From Mantamonas sphyraenae STR306 (Eukaryota > Protista > CRuMs): a stretch of DNA of 64,000 nucleotides. The notes beneath the pieces were generated by a model. The model saw only the letters and a list, made by a program, of their open reading frames with translations, did not search any database and was not told the DNA's origin. Made by a program: the position numbers and the translations under genes. Location: contig JAPMXV010000052.1 in the NCBI GenBank assembly GCA_026936335.1, positions 1 to 64,000 on the forward strand, in the 5' to 3' direction. Shown in pieces: positions 34,785 to 46,319 of the stretch; positions within the stretch are counted from its first letter, which is position 1; every line of letters begins with the position of its first letter.

Positions 34785-34917
34785 CTGCCTGTTGCCTGTG
34801 TGCACATGGTCCAGCCATTGCATGACAGAACCTAGGCACATTCCACTCACATCACCAGCAATGCAAGAACTTCTTCCACATGGTTCGCCTTTTCCCGTGG
34901 GCTTGGCCAACCCAACC

Positions 34918-36120
34918 ATGTCCTCTGCCCTTAGGCGCAACGCCCGACTGCGCAGGGAATACCTGTATCGCCGAGGCATCCAGGCCAAGGTGAAGCTGGT
35001 GTCGGAGAAGAAGAAGCGAATCCGCAAGGCCATCCGAGCAGGCAAGCTGATCCCGGCCGAAGACAGGGACGATGAAGCGAAGCTGAGGCGAGAAATGCAA
35101 ATGGAAGACCTGGAACATGGCATTGGTAGGTGTGGAGACTAGTGACTCATGCATTTGCACCGACCCACCCACGCCCAGCGCGACGGAAAGAGAAATCCGG
35201 CGGTTCTCTCGCATGCCTAACCACGCCGCGCTCGCACAGAAAACGACGACGAGGTGATTGACATCGACGACGAGTATGCGCGTGCTGGCATCCAGGATCC
35301 ACGCGTGATGATTACATCAGCACGAAACCCCAGCAGCAAGCTGAAGCAGTTTGTCAAGGTGGGTTTGGCATGCGATTGTCGAACGGACTGCGCCCAGGGT
35401 CCCGACCGCGCTGACACGACGCATATCGTTCACACATGTCGTTCACAGGAGCTTTGTCTTATCTTTCCCGACGCACAGCGCATCAACCGCGGTTCATATG
35501 TGGTCAAAGAGCTTGTGGATGCGGCACGAGCCAACGACGTGACGGATTTGATCGTCGTCCACGAGCATAGGGGTAAGCCCGACGGCATGATTGTGTCGCA
35601 CATGCCCTACGGTCCCACAGCCTATTTTGCACTGAACAATTGCATCATGCGCCACGAGGTTGACGAGGATAACCACGTGCCGCTGGTGCGTCCGCACCTC
35701 ATTTTTGAAAACTTCACCACCCAGCTTGGCCAACGCGTGCAGACCATGCTCAAACACCTTTTCCCGCCTGCCAAAGAGGATGCCAAGCGTGTCATCACAT
35801 TTTGCAACAACAACGACTACATCTCCTTCCGGCACCACCTGTATCAAAAAGCCGGTCCCAGCAAAGTGCTCCTGAAGGAGATGGGCCCGCGTTTCGAGCT
35901 CATGCTCTACTCCATCAAACTGGGCACACTCGAACAAAAGGAGGCAGAGAGCGAGTGGGCTCTGCGACCGTACATGCGAACGGCACGATACCGCAGCGCA
36001 CTCAGCGACAAGCCCTTCGCCTTTGACGACGGCGCCACCACCATTCCCGACAGCGACGAAAAGGGCACGTCCTCCTCCTCCTCATCTTCATCTTCATCAT
36101 CGTCTTCACGACGAGGATGA
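34918..36120 (+). CDS. IMP4: U3 snoRNP protein IMP4 (Brix domain)
   Basis: Exons 34918-35125, 35240-35358 and 35449-36120. Motifs LRRNARLRREYLYR, DDEYARAGIQDP, HEHRGKPDG..VSHMPYGPTAYF and EMGPRFEL. Confidence 0.97.
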
Positions 36121-38502
36121 GGATACATGGGTGCTCAGACGCAGCCAAACCTGCTTTTCGTCGACTCTCTCCCATGCTTCACGTTGGCAAGGACGATTCG
36201 GAGGCCACCGAAGAAGAAATTAAGACCACGTTCCGTCGTATGGCGGGCAAGCATGCCAACAAGGTAAAAATTTGGTGGGCCCAGGTGCCCGAGTTGTCGG
36301 TGCGTGCGGTGACGTCCAGATTGCTGACGCGGAGCTGCGGCACCCTGCCGCATGGATCGATGGCCACAGGAGTGCTTTGACTGTGGCAAAAAGTCGCCTA
36401 CGTGGGCATCGGTGACGTACGGCGTGCTCATCTGCTACGAGTGCTCCTCCACGCAGCGAAGCCTGGGAACGCACATCACCTTTGTGCGGTAAGTCCCTCC
36501 AAGCGTTTCCGCCGTCGTTTTCCCGCACAAACCCCGCTAACCCGTCCACATGGCCTCCGACGTGCCCCCGTCCCCGGCCCTCGCCACAGTTCGACGTCTT
36601 ACGACAAGTGGACGCGCAAGCAGCTGCATCGTATGCTTGCAGGAGGTGAGTTGTCACACACGTCGGGGTCGATTGAATTCTCGGGTGAAGCCGCGCTTGC
36701 ACGTCACACCGTCATCCGTCCGCTGCAGGCCGCACAACGCGCCTTGGCACGTCGCATTGATCGAAAAGGAGCCATTGCTGCTATGACAACGGTCACATGG
36801 CGGATGGAGGTCGTGCATGTGGACGTGGCGGGCGTGTACAAGGCGCGTGTTCCAGAAACGTGACGCTCGTCCGACGCTGCCCAGCACCCACACGTGGCAG
36901 TGTGGCGAGGAGGAGGTGCCTAACGTGTGGCAACAGGAACTTTTGGCCGCACCTGCGAGAGTAACACCCGCTCACATGGCACATGAGCTCGCGCACACAG
37001 GAAACGCGAATGCAAAGTCGTTCTTTGCCAAGCACGGCGCTGGGTCGATCAACGACGCTCGGGACAAGTACACATCGCGTGCAGCGCAGTTGTACAAGGC
37101 CCAGTTGGACAAAAAGACAACCCAGAGCGCCAACGAGGAACTGGTGAGCAAGGAGGACGAGGAAGAGCAAGGCTACTCTGTGGTGTCGCCCACCACAAGC
37201 TCGTTCTTTCTGGAACACTTTGCAGACCAGGAGAGCAGCAGTGGCGACCTGGAAGGCGATGGCAGCAGCGTAGGCAGCGGTAACACAAGCACAACCACGA
37301 CCACTACCGCCAGCGCGTCCAAAACAAGCAAGCAGGGAGCAGATCTCGACGCCGACCTTGTGCAGAGCCTGTCCTTCTCGCTGAGCCAGGACAAGGAAGA
37401 TGAGGGCGACGAGGACACAGAGACGCAGAACAGCAATAGCAGCAGCAAGGTCAGCCCCAAACCGCGCGCAGGGCTGGGTGGCGCACGTGCTCCGTCCCCC
37501 GCCGGCACCACGTCTCTTGCGAGGCTGGGCGGAAGGCGCAAGCCCACGCGTGGTCTAGGCGGAGCACGCAAAGGTCGTGGCCTGAGTGCAGGTGTGGCAC
37601 GTACCAAGAGTGGCAGCCTGACCGCAAACAAGACCAGCGTCAACTTTGACCAGGCCTTCCAGCAGGCCAACACGCTCGACCAACAACGCGCCATGAATTC
37701 GCAGCGACAACAGCAGCAGCAGAGTGTCGGCAAAGGAGCGCAAGCAGCCTTGGTGGGCGGCATGGGCGCTGCAGCCTCGCTGGGTACCATGGACGACGAC
37801 GACGAGGAGAAGCCCACGCCGCAGGACGCCGACGTCGATGCCTTTGTCTCTGGAGCAGCTGCAAAGGACAACAGCTGGGGCAAGGCGGACGACTCGTGGG
37901 ACCGCGACGCGTTCTTTGACAACGCAGGACGCAGCGAAGGTGCTTTTGGAGGCAGCGCAGGCTACTCGTCCCGCTTTGCCGACGTGGACGACAGCGTCTC
38001 GACTGCACAAAAGGCCCACACACAGAGTGGAAGCAGTGGCTACACGTCGTATTCGGGGAGTGGCTCGGTGTACAGCTCGAGCACAGTGGAAAAGGCAAGC
38101 TCGTTCCGCGAAGGTCTGCAACGGCAGCAACAGACCAACCGCAACACAGGAAGCGGAAGCGGGCGCACAAAGGACGAGGATTTCAAGGCACGCTTTGCCA
38201 ACGCCAAGGCCATCAGCAGCAAGATGGTGTTTGGCAAAGAGGAGGAGAAGGACGAAGAGGCGAACAAGCGGCTGCATTCTATGGACGGTTCGCGCGGCAT
38301 CTCCAGCGCAGACCTGTACGGTTCGCGGGAGCGCACCACCAGCAGTGACTCTTACGACGCCGTGGATCTCATGGGCAAGATTGCAGCCCAGGCTCGCGAC
38401 GACGTGAGTGCTCTGGGCAGCAGCGTCGGCTCTGCCGTCGGCTCCCTCAGCGACATGACCAACAACTGGCTTGAGCAGGTGCGCGGAGGCATGAGCCCGT
38501 GA
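36117..38502 (+). CDS. GLO3: ADP-ribosylation factor GAP, Glo3/ArfGAP2/3 type
   Basis: Exons 36117 (or 36174)-36263, 36370-36488, 36590-36645 and 37001-38502. Spliced Zn finger [46 protein letters not shown], and Glo3 motifs [10 protein letters not shown] and GISSADLYG. Confidence 0.93.
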
Positions 38503-38514
38503 CAGGAGCGAGAA

Positions 38515-38542
38515 CAGCAACAACAACAACAACAACAACAAC
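38515..38542. repeat. (CAA)n microsatellite in the gap between convergent genes
   Basis: About 8 CAA units. Confidence 0.9.
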
Positions 38543-38576
38543 TGAGCCACGTTTGTTCCACACACCCCACACGCCC

Positions 38577-39694
38577 TCACTGCGTCTTGCTGCCAAGCCC
38601 CTCAGCGCTGTTGCGCAGGCGCATGAGTTGGTAGTCTCGATAGACGACGCAAGAGAGCACAAGCTTGATGAGCGCATAAACCAGCGCTGCAAAGCCGCCC
38701 ACCTGAGCGATGCGAGCCACCCAGTTGACTCGGCTCACCCACTCGTACATGTACACGTCCCTGGCGAGGCGGATGACGACCATCGAGTCGCTGGCCGAGG
38801 CACTGGTCGATACATAGTCCGTGCGTGCAGATGCCACCAGCTCCTTGCGAATCAGGTCGCCGTAGCGGTTGAGATGGTTGGGATCGGTTTCCAGCGGATG
38901 GGTCGACAGGACCAACGAGCCGCGGTTCACGGTCTGGCTCTCTGGGGCCGCCAGCACAGAACTTGCACTCGCGTCCTGCACGCCCTGGAAAATGACCGCC
39001 TCCTTGTCGATGGTTGCCACGCCGCGCAGGGTCACCTCCGTCTTCTGCCCTGTGCTCACCTCCACCGTCTCCACCATTGTTCCGTTTCGGTTAACGCTCT
39101 GCAAGACAACCGACACTGTGCATGTGCATGTGTGTGCATGCGTACGACACCGCATGGTTTGTCCGTACGTCACCGCAAGCGTCGCCCGTGTGGTGTCAGT
39201 GAGCCGCGCCAAATTCTTCAGCGCGTCTGTGTAGGCTTAGCGCCGTTCGCACGCCGCTTTCTCCACCTACGCGTGTCTCCCATGGGCAACGAAGGCGCAA
39301 TCACTCGCACGCCTGTGCTTTCTCCCTGTGTGTAGCACAGCCTCGTTTGAGTCCTTCCCACGGTCGAGGTCGACGTCGAGTTGATTCCCGGCAGCAACGA
39401 GCAAAGCAGCTCGCCTTTGTATTCCTGAGTCAGAATGATCGTGCCGCAGTTGCCGCTGGCACACGATGCAGTCACATTCAACGGGAACTGCGAACCACGT
39501 GCCTCCCGCACCAGCAGGTTTGTGGCAAGCTGTGTGGTCTCAAACTGAATGCAGAACAACGCCACCGCCAGCAGCAGGAGATAGCCGCCCACTTCCACCC
39601 ACAGCTCATTCCTTCGGTTTAATACTTTGTCCATGGTGTAGCGCGGAAACGGCTCCGTCGCACGGATGTACACACGCCCTGCGTCCTCGCTCAT
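38577..39694 (-). CDS. Two-TM membrane protein with a large extracellular loop; DEG/ENaC/PAC-like topology
   Basis: ORFs 39218-39745 and 38577-39212 are joined by a phase-1 intron starting at 39270 (GTAGGT), with the acceptor at 39227 or 39116. TM1 VGGYLLLLAVALFCIQF, post-TM1 FPLNVTASC, TM2 WVARIAQVGGFAALVYALIKLVL. Confidence 0.65.
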
Positions 39695-39735
39695 CTCGCA
39701 AAAGTGGCTTGACCCCACTCGCGCAACAGCTCTTC

Positions 39736-41675
39736 TCAAGCCCACGACACCTCGTACGCCTCTACGTCCACGTCCTTCGGGTTCTTCAACGCCGCGTCAA
39801 ACACATAGTCTGCCAAGATCACCTTGCAGCCGCCGTTACTCTCTAGCAGCCTCTTGGTCTGCCTGTCCAGCGTGCTCCCATCTTCAGGCACAAGCACGTA
39901 GTCACATGTCAAGCGATTGCTTGATCGGATGACCTGTGGCAGCACAGAACCTCCGCCTGCTGCGATGACCCGCTGCATCACGGAGCGGCTTGGACGCACG
40001 CCGTCGGTCACGGCAAAGCGCAGACCATGAAACACCCCTTGCTCCAATGCACGGTGGTGCTCAAAGCATCGCATCCAGATCTCCGTGCCCTCCTCCGTCT
40101 TCATCATCGCCGTGCTCTTTGAGTCTGCGTCCTTGGGTCCCCACAGGTGTTTCTTCTCCTCCGGCCACTCGCCCGTCTCCTCGGCCGCGCTGATGAAGGT
40201 CGACTTCAGCACCGGGATCCCACGCAGCACTGCACACAGAAACTTCTCGTTCCTGTGCAAACTTGGCATCACCACGTGCGTTGTGTCGTCGTTCAGTCTG
40301 TGCTCCATGTCAAACTCCGCATCTCCCATCCTTGTGCACACGCTCCCGTAGTACGCCTTCTCTTCGCGCGTGCCTCCAAACTGCACCAGCATCCCCGATC
40401 CCTCCTCTCCGGCAGACTCGTACCCATCCTTTCCTGTCTCTTCGTACTCGCCCTCCTCCACGTTCACCTCCTCCTCCTCCTCCTCCTCCTCCTCCTCCTC
40501 CTCTTTCTTCTTCTTTTGTCGGCTTTTTGTTTGCTTCGTACTTGCTGTGCGTTTGCCTTTGCTTTTGGTTGTCGTCGTCTTTGCAGCTTTGCTCCCCTTG
40601 GTCTCGCTGCTGCTGCTGCTGCTGTTGTTTGCCGGGGATGCCAGCGTTTTGGATTTTCCCGCCAACCCAGCGACACGCCGCTTCTTCTTGGGTGCAGGCG
40701 CTGCCTTTCCCTTTGGGTCGCTCGCCCCGGTGTCCCCATGGTCAGGTTTGTCCTCCTCCAGCTCCTGTGCCAGTGTCTCCTCTTCAACCTCGTCCTGTGT
40801 CGCAGCATCTACGATTTCCCGGTCCAGTTCCCGCTTCCGCTTCGGCGCCTTCTCAGCCTCCTTCTCCGCTTCATCCTCATCCTCCTCCATGTCTGGCGTG
40901 CCCATCACCTCCTCAGAATCCTGCGAGTTTGACACGTCGGCCTCTTCCGCCACGCTTCGCTTCCGCTCCTGCTGGAACGCCAGCCGGCGTGTTCGAGCTT
41001 CCGCCAGCTGCCCCTTGGACAATTTCTGCCCGACTTGCGAATACTCCTCCTCTGGAACAGGCTGTCAGCTGCATTGTTCCCTTGCACTCCACACAATTGG
41101 CCCCTCTCAAATCCCATCTCTCCTGACTTACCCTTCATCTTCTTCCAGTACGTCACCGTGTCCTCCAACCACAGGTGGTTGACAATGATCACGCCCCACT
41201 CCAGCGCCTTGGCGTACTTTTCCGACGCTTCGCTGTTTGCCACGAGGTGTGTGGTGACCCCGTTTGCCATACTGCCCGACACCTCGGCTCCGCTCAATTT
41301 GGCAAGCTGCTGCAGAGCCCTACGTGACGCTCCTGCATAACCTGTCAACGAGATGCTCACCGAGTCCAGCTCCGGCACGGTGACTCCGTCCGCATACGCA
41401 GGGTAGTACGCCACAGACTCGGTGTGGTCCACCAAATGCTTCTGTTTCACGCATTCCGTCAACCAGAAGAAGCTCACCGTCGCCACGTCCCTGTCTAGAG
41501 CCTCCTGGAACAAACCGTGCTGTTCCCGACACAGCAAGTAGTCGCACGTGCTCGCGTCAAACTTTGCCTGCATCTTCCCGCCCAATTCCGTTACCACCTT
41601 TGCCAGCTGCGCCTGCTCTGATCCGTAGTCCATCGCTGTTGCCAGCACCAGGCCACTCAGTACTGCTTTGCTCAT
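39736..41675 (-). CDS. Multi-BRCT DNA-damage scaffold (2 N-terminal and 2 C-terminal BRCT domains; PTIP/Rtt107/Brc1-like)
   Basis: Exons 41675-41132 and 41051-39736; intron 41052-41131. Motifs TTHLVA..SEKYAKALEWGVIIVNHLWLED and TTHVVMPSLHRNEKFLCAV. Confidence 0.9.
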
Positions 41676-41724
41676 CTCTAGGGTTTGTTTTGCTGACACC
41701 TGCGCTGCGCACGCGCGCACACAC

Positions 41725-41907
41725 CCAACGACCAACCATCCCACGACCAACCATCCATCCATCCTATATATTCCTCGACCTCCCTGCAAAACAACTGTTC
41801 ATTTCGCTCTGAAATCCCCCGACTTTCGCGCTCCACGAGAACCTCTCGCCCCGCAGCAGCACGCCATACCTCCACACACGCCAAACACGCCACACACGCC
41901 ACACACG
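41725..41907. repeat. Short intergenic tandem repeats (ACGACCAACCATCC x2, CCAT x3, and 9-mer CCA(C/A)ACACG x4)
   Basis: Read directly between the BRCT gene start and the PI3K stop. Confidence 0.8.
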
Positions 41908-41920
41908 CGTCAACACGTGT

Positions 41921-44900
41921 TTACGAGTGTGCAATAATGTGGATGGCGTTGTTGATCTGCGTGGCCTTGGTCTTGAGCGACGCGTCGATCAGGCCTCGGA
42001 ACTTCTCCGACGCCTCCTCCTCGCTCAGCTCCAGCGAAAAGGCGTCACGCAGGTAGCGCAGGTCCTCCACGCTTTGCAGCTCGGGAATACCCGTGCTCAA
42101 CATCATGGCAAACAGGTTGAAGAACATGGGTGCGTTGCGACGAGCGCTGTTGTACGCGTCGCAGCAGAACTGCGTGAAACGCTCAAAGTTCTCGTGGTCG
42201 CGGCCTCCCATCACGTACGCGAAATCCGGCGTCAGCACGAAAGGAGCACGCTCGCGCTTGATACCAAACTTGTACTTGACGTTGCCCAGGAAATGGCCAA
42301 AGTCAATGTGGAACAGCTGGCCGTTGCGCTTCAACATCACGTTGTCGTTGTGGCGATCGCCAATACCCAGGATGTATGTTGCCACACAGTAGCCTGCGCA
42401 CGAGCGCATAAACAGCTCCACAGCATCGTCGTATTGCTTGTCGCTCGGGTTCGCCTCGCGCAGCCAGTTGGCAAGCGGATCTTCCTTGAACGCCGCAGAC
42501 GCACCTCCCGCAGCCTTGACAATGTTGGCCGTCGTGTCCGAATCCAGCACAACCTCGATCATGCCCTCCTCGTCGCCCGTCGCAACGCATCCGTACGGGA
42601 TCATGTACAGATCCAGGCCGTCGCGCTGCCACACCTTGTCCATAATGCGGATCAGCTGGAGCGTCAGCAGATCCTGGCGCAGATCGTCGCCTGCCTTGAA
42701 GATGATGAAAATCGGGTCGCCATGCACGTCCGCGTTCTCAAACACCAGCCACAGAGGCACCTTCTTCGAGTCCATGCTCTTGCACTTGTCCAACAGCAGC
42801 CCCTTGACCTCCAGCCCTGCGTTCAACGAAAGCGTGAAACGCTCTGGCAGGTCGTACTTGGCCAGCTTCTCCCGCAGCACCTCGCGCCGCTCGTTCACCT
42901 GGTAGTCCTTGATAAACTCGGCCGCAGTCACAAAATCCTTCAGGATCTTGTCCTGCTGGATCAGGCTCTCCCTGTGAGCCCCCGCCAGGCGCAGGTACAT
43001 CTCCAGCATCAAACCGTAACGTTCGCTGATCTCCGGCACGTGCATCTCTGCCTTGAGATGCCAGAAGAACGTGTGACCCACCACCGTACGGTTGTTCAGC
43101 GCACGCTTCAGCAGGAAGCGCACAAGAGCCGAGTCGTGGTACGGCTCGTACTTGGCCACCTGCACCAGCTGCAGCAGCAAATCGTCCATCTCCGTGTCGT
43201 TCAGCTGGTTCAGCGCGTTCACGGCGTACTCGCGCACAGAGGCGTCCGCAAAGCGTGCGTCCAGCAGCTCCAGCGCCTCGATCGGGTTCATCGGCGCCCA
43301 CTCGTGCAGCATGCGGTGGGCCTCGTGCACCTGCGCAGGATCCGTCCAGTCGATCGCAAACAGGAACTTGGGCAACGCACGCGGGTTGCTCTTCAGCGAA
43401 CCGCGGTTGTTCCACAGCAGCTCGCGGTCCGTGTCCGTCAGCTGGTAGATCGGATCGGCGTTGATGATCACCTTGAGCTGGCGTGCGTCCTCCTGGCTCA
43501 CCTCGGTCGACGCAATGTCGCCCACCGTGTTGGCCAGTTCCTTCTCGCCTGCGTACTCGGGGAACACAATCGGCAGCGCGTAGCTCTCAAACTCCACAAA
43601 CAGCTGCGGGCAGTTGTTTGCCTTGAGGTTGGCCACGCACGTGCCAATCGGGTTCGCCGGTCCGTCCGGCCACATGTTCAACTGCTGCACACCGCTCACG
43701 AGCTGCGAACGGTAGTCGATCAGGTTCACGTTGACCCACGACACGGGGAATCGTTCCGTGTTCTTGCCTGCCAGCGTCACAAACAGCGTGAAGCAGATGC
43801 GCGTCGCGCGCGGGATGTTCTGCATCGCAATGTCAAACTCCAGCGGCTCGTTCCAGCGCGGGCACACCGTGTTGCCCGACATGTGCGACACCAACGGCTC
43901 CGCAATCAGCGAGCCACCGTGGTACAGGCCGGCCTCAACCTCGTAGCCCTGCACAGAGCTAAACACATCCTTGGCTGCCTTCTTGCTCAGCGTCTTCTCA
44001 AACGCCTCGCGCAGGTTTTCCGTGTCCAGGCTGATGTTGTCCACACCCAGGATGCGGATCGTAAAGTGTTCGCGCATCTCCCACATCGAGATCGTGCCCA
44101 TCTGCGACCAGTGCACCTTGCTGCTCTTGATGTTGCTGTGCTTGTAGCGCGGACGGATCGACTCGGAGCTCTGCACGAGGTGCGTCGGGTTGTCCTCGCG
44201 CGGTGCAAGGTTCTCACGACGCTCCAGCGACAGATCGATCTTCTTGTCTGCCTTTTGGCAATCGCGGATGAACTGCACGTTCTTCAGCTGGTGACGGCCG
44301 TCGATGTACTCCTTCATACCGCACACCTTGAGCAAAAAGTCCTGCGGATCGTCCTCCTCCGTGGCTCCCTGGCCCAGGAACTTCTTCAGTGCCTTGATGA
44401 CCAGCGTGTCCACGTCGTCGTCGCGGCTGGCGCCAAGCATCTTTGTGCCCGTGCCAAGATGCACACGCACAAGCAGCTTCTCCTTCACGTACTCGGGCAC
44501 CTCGGTGTCCACAATGCCGCCGTTGATGTTGTTCAGACCCGTGGCCAGGGACAGCTCTCCTGTGTCAAACTGGGACGCCAGGTAGCCGCCCACGTCGGCG
44601 CGGAAGCCAATGACCTCGGGCTTCTGCGAAGTCATCCACGTCGGACGACCCAGCGTGTTGCTGATGTGCACACCCATGATCTTCTCCTCCTTGCCCACTT
44701 CCTTCTTCTCCGCAGACACCTCAACCAGCTGCACGCTCGGGTAGTTGCCGTCCTGCGCCGGGAACAGGCTGCTGAACGCAACCTCCTCGTCCTCGATCGG
44801 CGCCTCGGCATCCACAGCCTGCAGGCGGTACAGGTCGCTGCGGCGGTCCAGGAAGCCACGCTGGCGGAAGCGGCGGTACACCTTGGCGCGGAATTGCGCC

Positions 44901-46158
44901 ACAGTCGACTCGTTGCTCACGCGCATCACAAACGGACGCTCCATGTGCGGCACATGCACCCACACGTTGTACTTGTCCGTCGCACCCTGGTCCGGCTCCT
45001 CGTCCGACACGGCGCCCAGAACGTCAAAGTCCTGGTCCGAGCCTTGCGAACGCTTGCTGCGGTACGGCCTGTTTGTGCGAGCGCCTCCGCCAATGCCTGC
45101 CTCGGCAAGCATCTTGCGCAGCTTCTCGTTCTCGGCTTGCAGCTGAGCTGCGTTGCCTGCGCCACGTGTGCCGATAGCTGCTGTCTGGTCTCCCTGCAGC
45201 GTGCACTCCACGCGCACAGGACGGCGCGGGTTGGCCTTGGCCTTCAGGTACTCCTCCACGTTGTACCCCTCGCCCTCCGCCGGTTCCTCCAGATCCTCCG
45301 TCTCGTCGTCGGGCACGGCCAGAGCAAAGTGAGAGCCGTCGCTCACGCCCAGCAGCTGGTCGCGCAGCTTGATCAGCGTCGACAGCACCTCAATGTCGTA
45401 CGACTTGCTCTCGTTTGCCGTAAAGTGCAGAGACACTTCGCCACCCAGCTCCAGAGCAACCGTGTAGTCGCCCTTGCGGCGGGTCTTGCGAAACTGTGGG
45501 TCCATCACTTTGTGTCAGCCCTCTCTCCAGCGCCTGCGAATTCGCATCGTTGCCCCTTTTCAATTCCCCACACCCAAGTCCCGTTTCCCCACTCCGCTGC
45601 CACTTACGCGCTTCTTCTGCGTCTTGGCAAACTCCTCGTCCAGCTCCTCCACAGTGCGCTGCAGATAAGGACGCGGTGCCTGCTTGCGGGCGTACACTGT
45701 GTGTTGCCCACGCGCGTGGTTTTGTGTCAGCCGAAAAAAGCCAATCCTTGACAAAAAAAAAGCGAGAGGGAAAACGAGACGCTGCCCTCTTTTTCGCTGT
45801 GTGGCGCCAACATGCCCGCTTGGCGATGCTGGATACGCATGCAACCATGGAACTACATCCACGCCATCTCCTTGTGAGCTTTGCACCTACCTCCGATCTC
45901 GATGGGGCTGTTGTTCTGCACCCACTCGGTGAGCGTCTTGTGCGCGTTGCCGAAGCGGACGAATTCCACTTCCAGCAGCTCCTCCTCGCTCAGACCGAGG
46001 CAGTACGCACGCTCCAGGTAGTCCGTTTCCAGGTCGGCCTCCTCCCACACCAAGTGGCGCAGCTGCGACACCGAAATGTTGCGCGGCACCTCCACAGAGA
46101 TGGTCTTTTCAGTCGGCAAGCGAACCGTCACGTTCAGCGGCTCCGTCGATGCAGACAT
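41921..46158 (-). CDS. Class I-type phosphatidylinositol 3-kinase catalytic subunit (Ras-binding, C2, helical and kinase domains)
   Basis: Exons 46158-45891, 45696-45608 and 45493-41921. Motifs FLLKVCGMKEYI (RBD), MDSKKVPLWL, FKAGDDLRQD, LGIGDRHNDN, HIDFGHFLG and KRERAPF. Confidence 0.95.
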
Positions 46159-46319
46159 GGCTGCGTCGTGCCCATCCCATCACGTGTCAGTGTCTGCCAT
46201 TGCGTTTGCATGTCCTCACCCTCACTCTTGTGTCCTCACTCTTTTCGTGTTGCAACACACCTTTGTTTTTTCGTTGGGTCGCAGCCCGCGCCCACACCCG
46301 CCAACGAATTTCCCCCTAC

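Noticed and set aside
41927-45751. 1274-aa ORF antisense to PI3K (similarly 26473-28989, 47277-49325, 4765-7839, 5726-8809, 54040-56289)
   Set aside because: These are shadow ORFs. The sense genes rarely use TTA/CTA/TCA and the DNA is GC-rich, so antisense frames stay open. The products have no motifs.
46156-46159. CATG at the PI3K start as a third shared divergent start
   Set aside because: The plus-strand ATG 46157 is not in frame with the surface protein, which starts at 46320 with a clear signal peptide.
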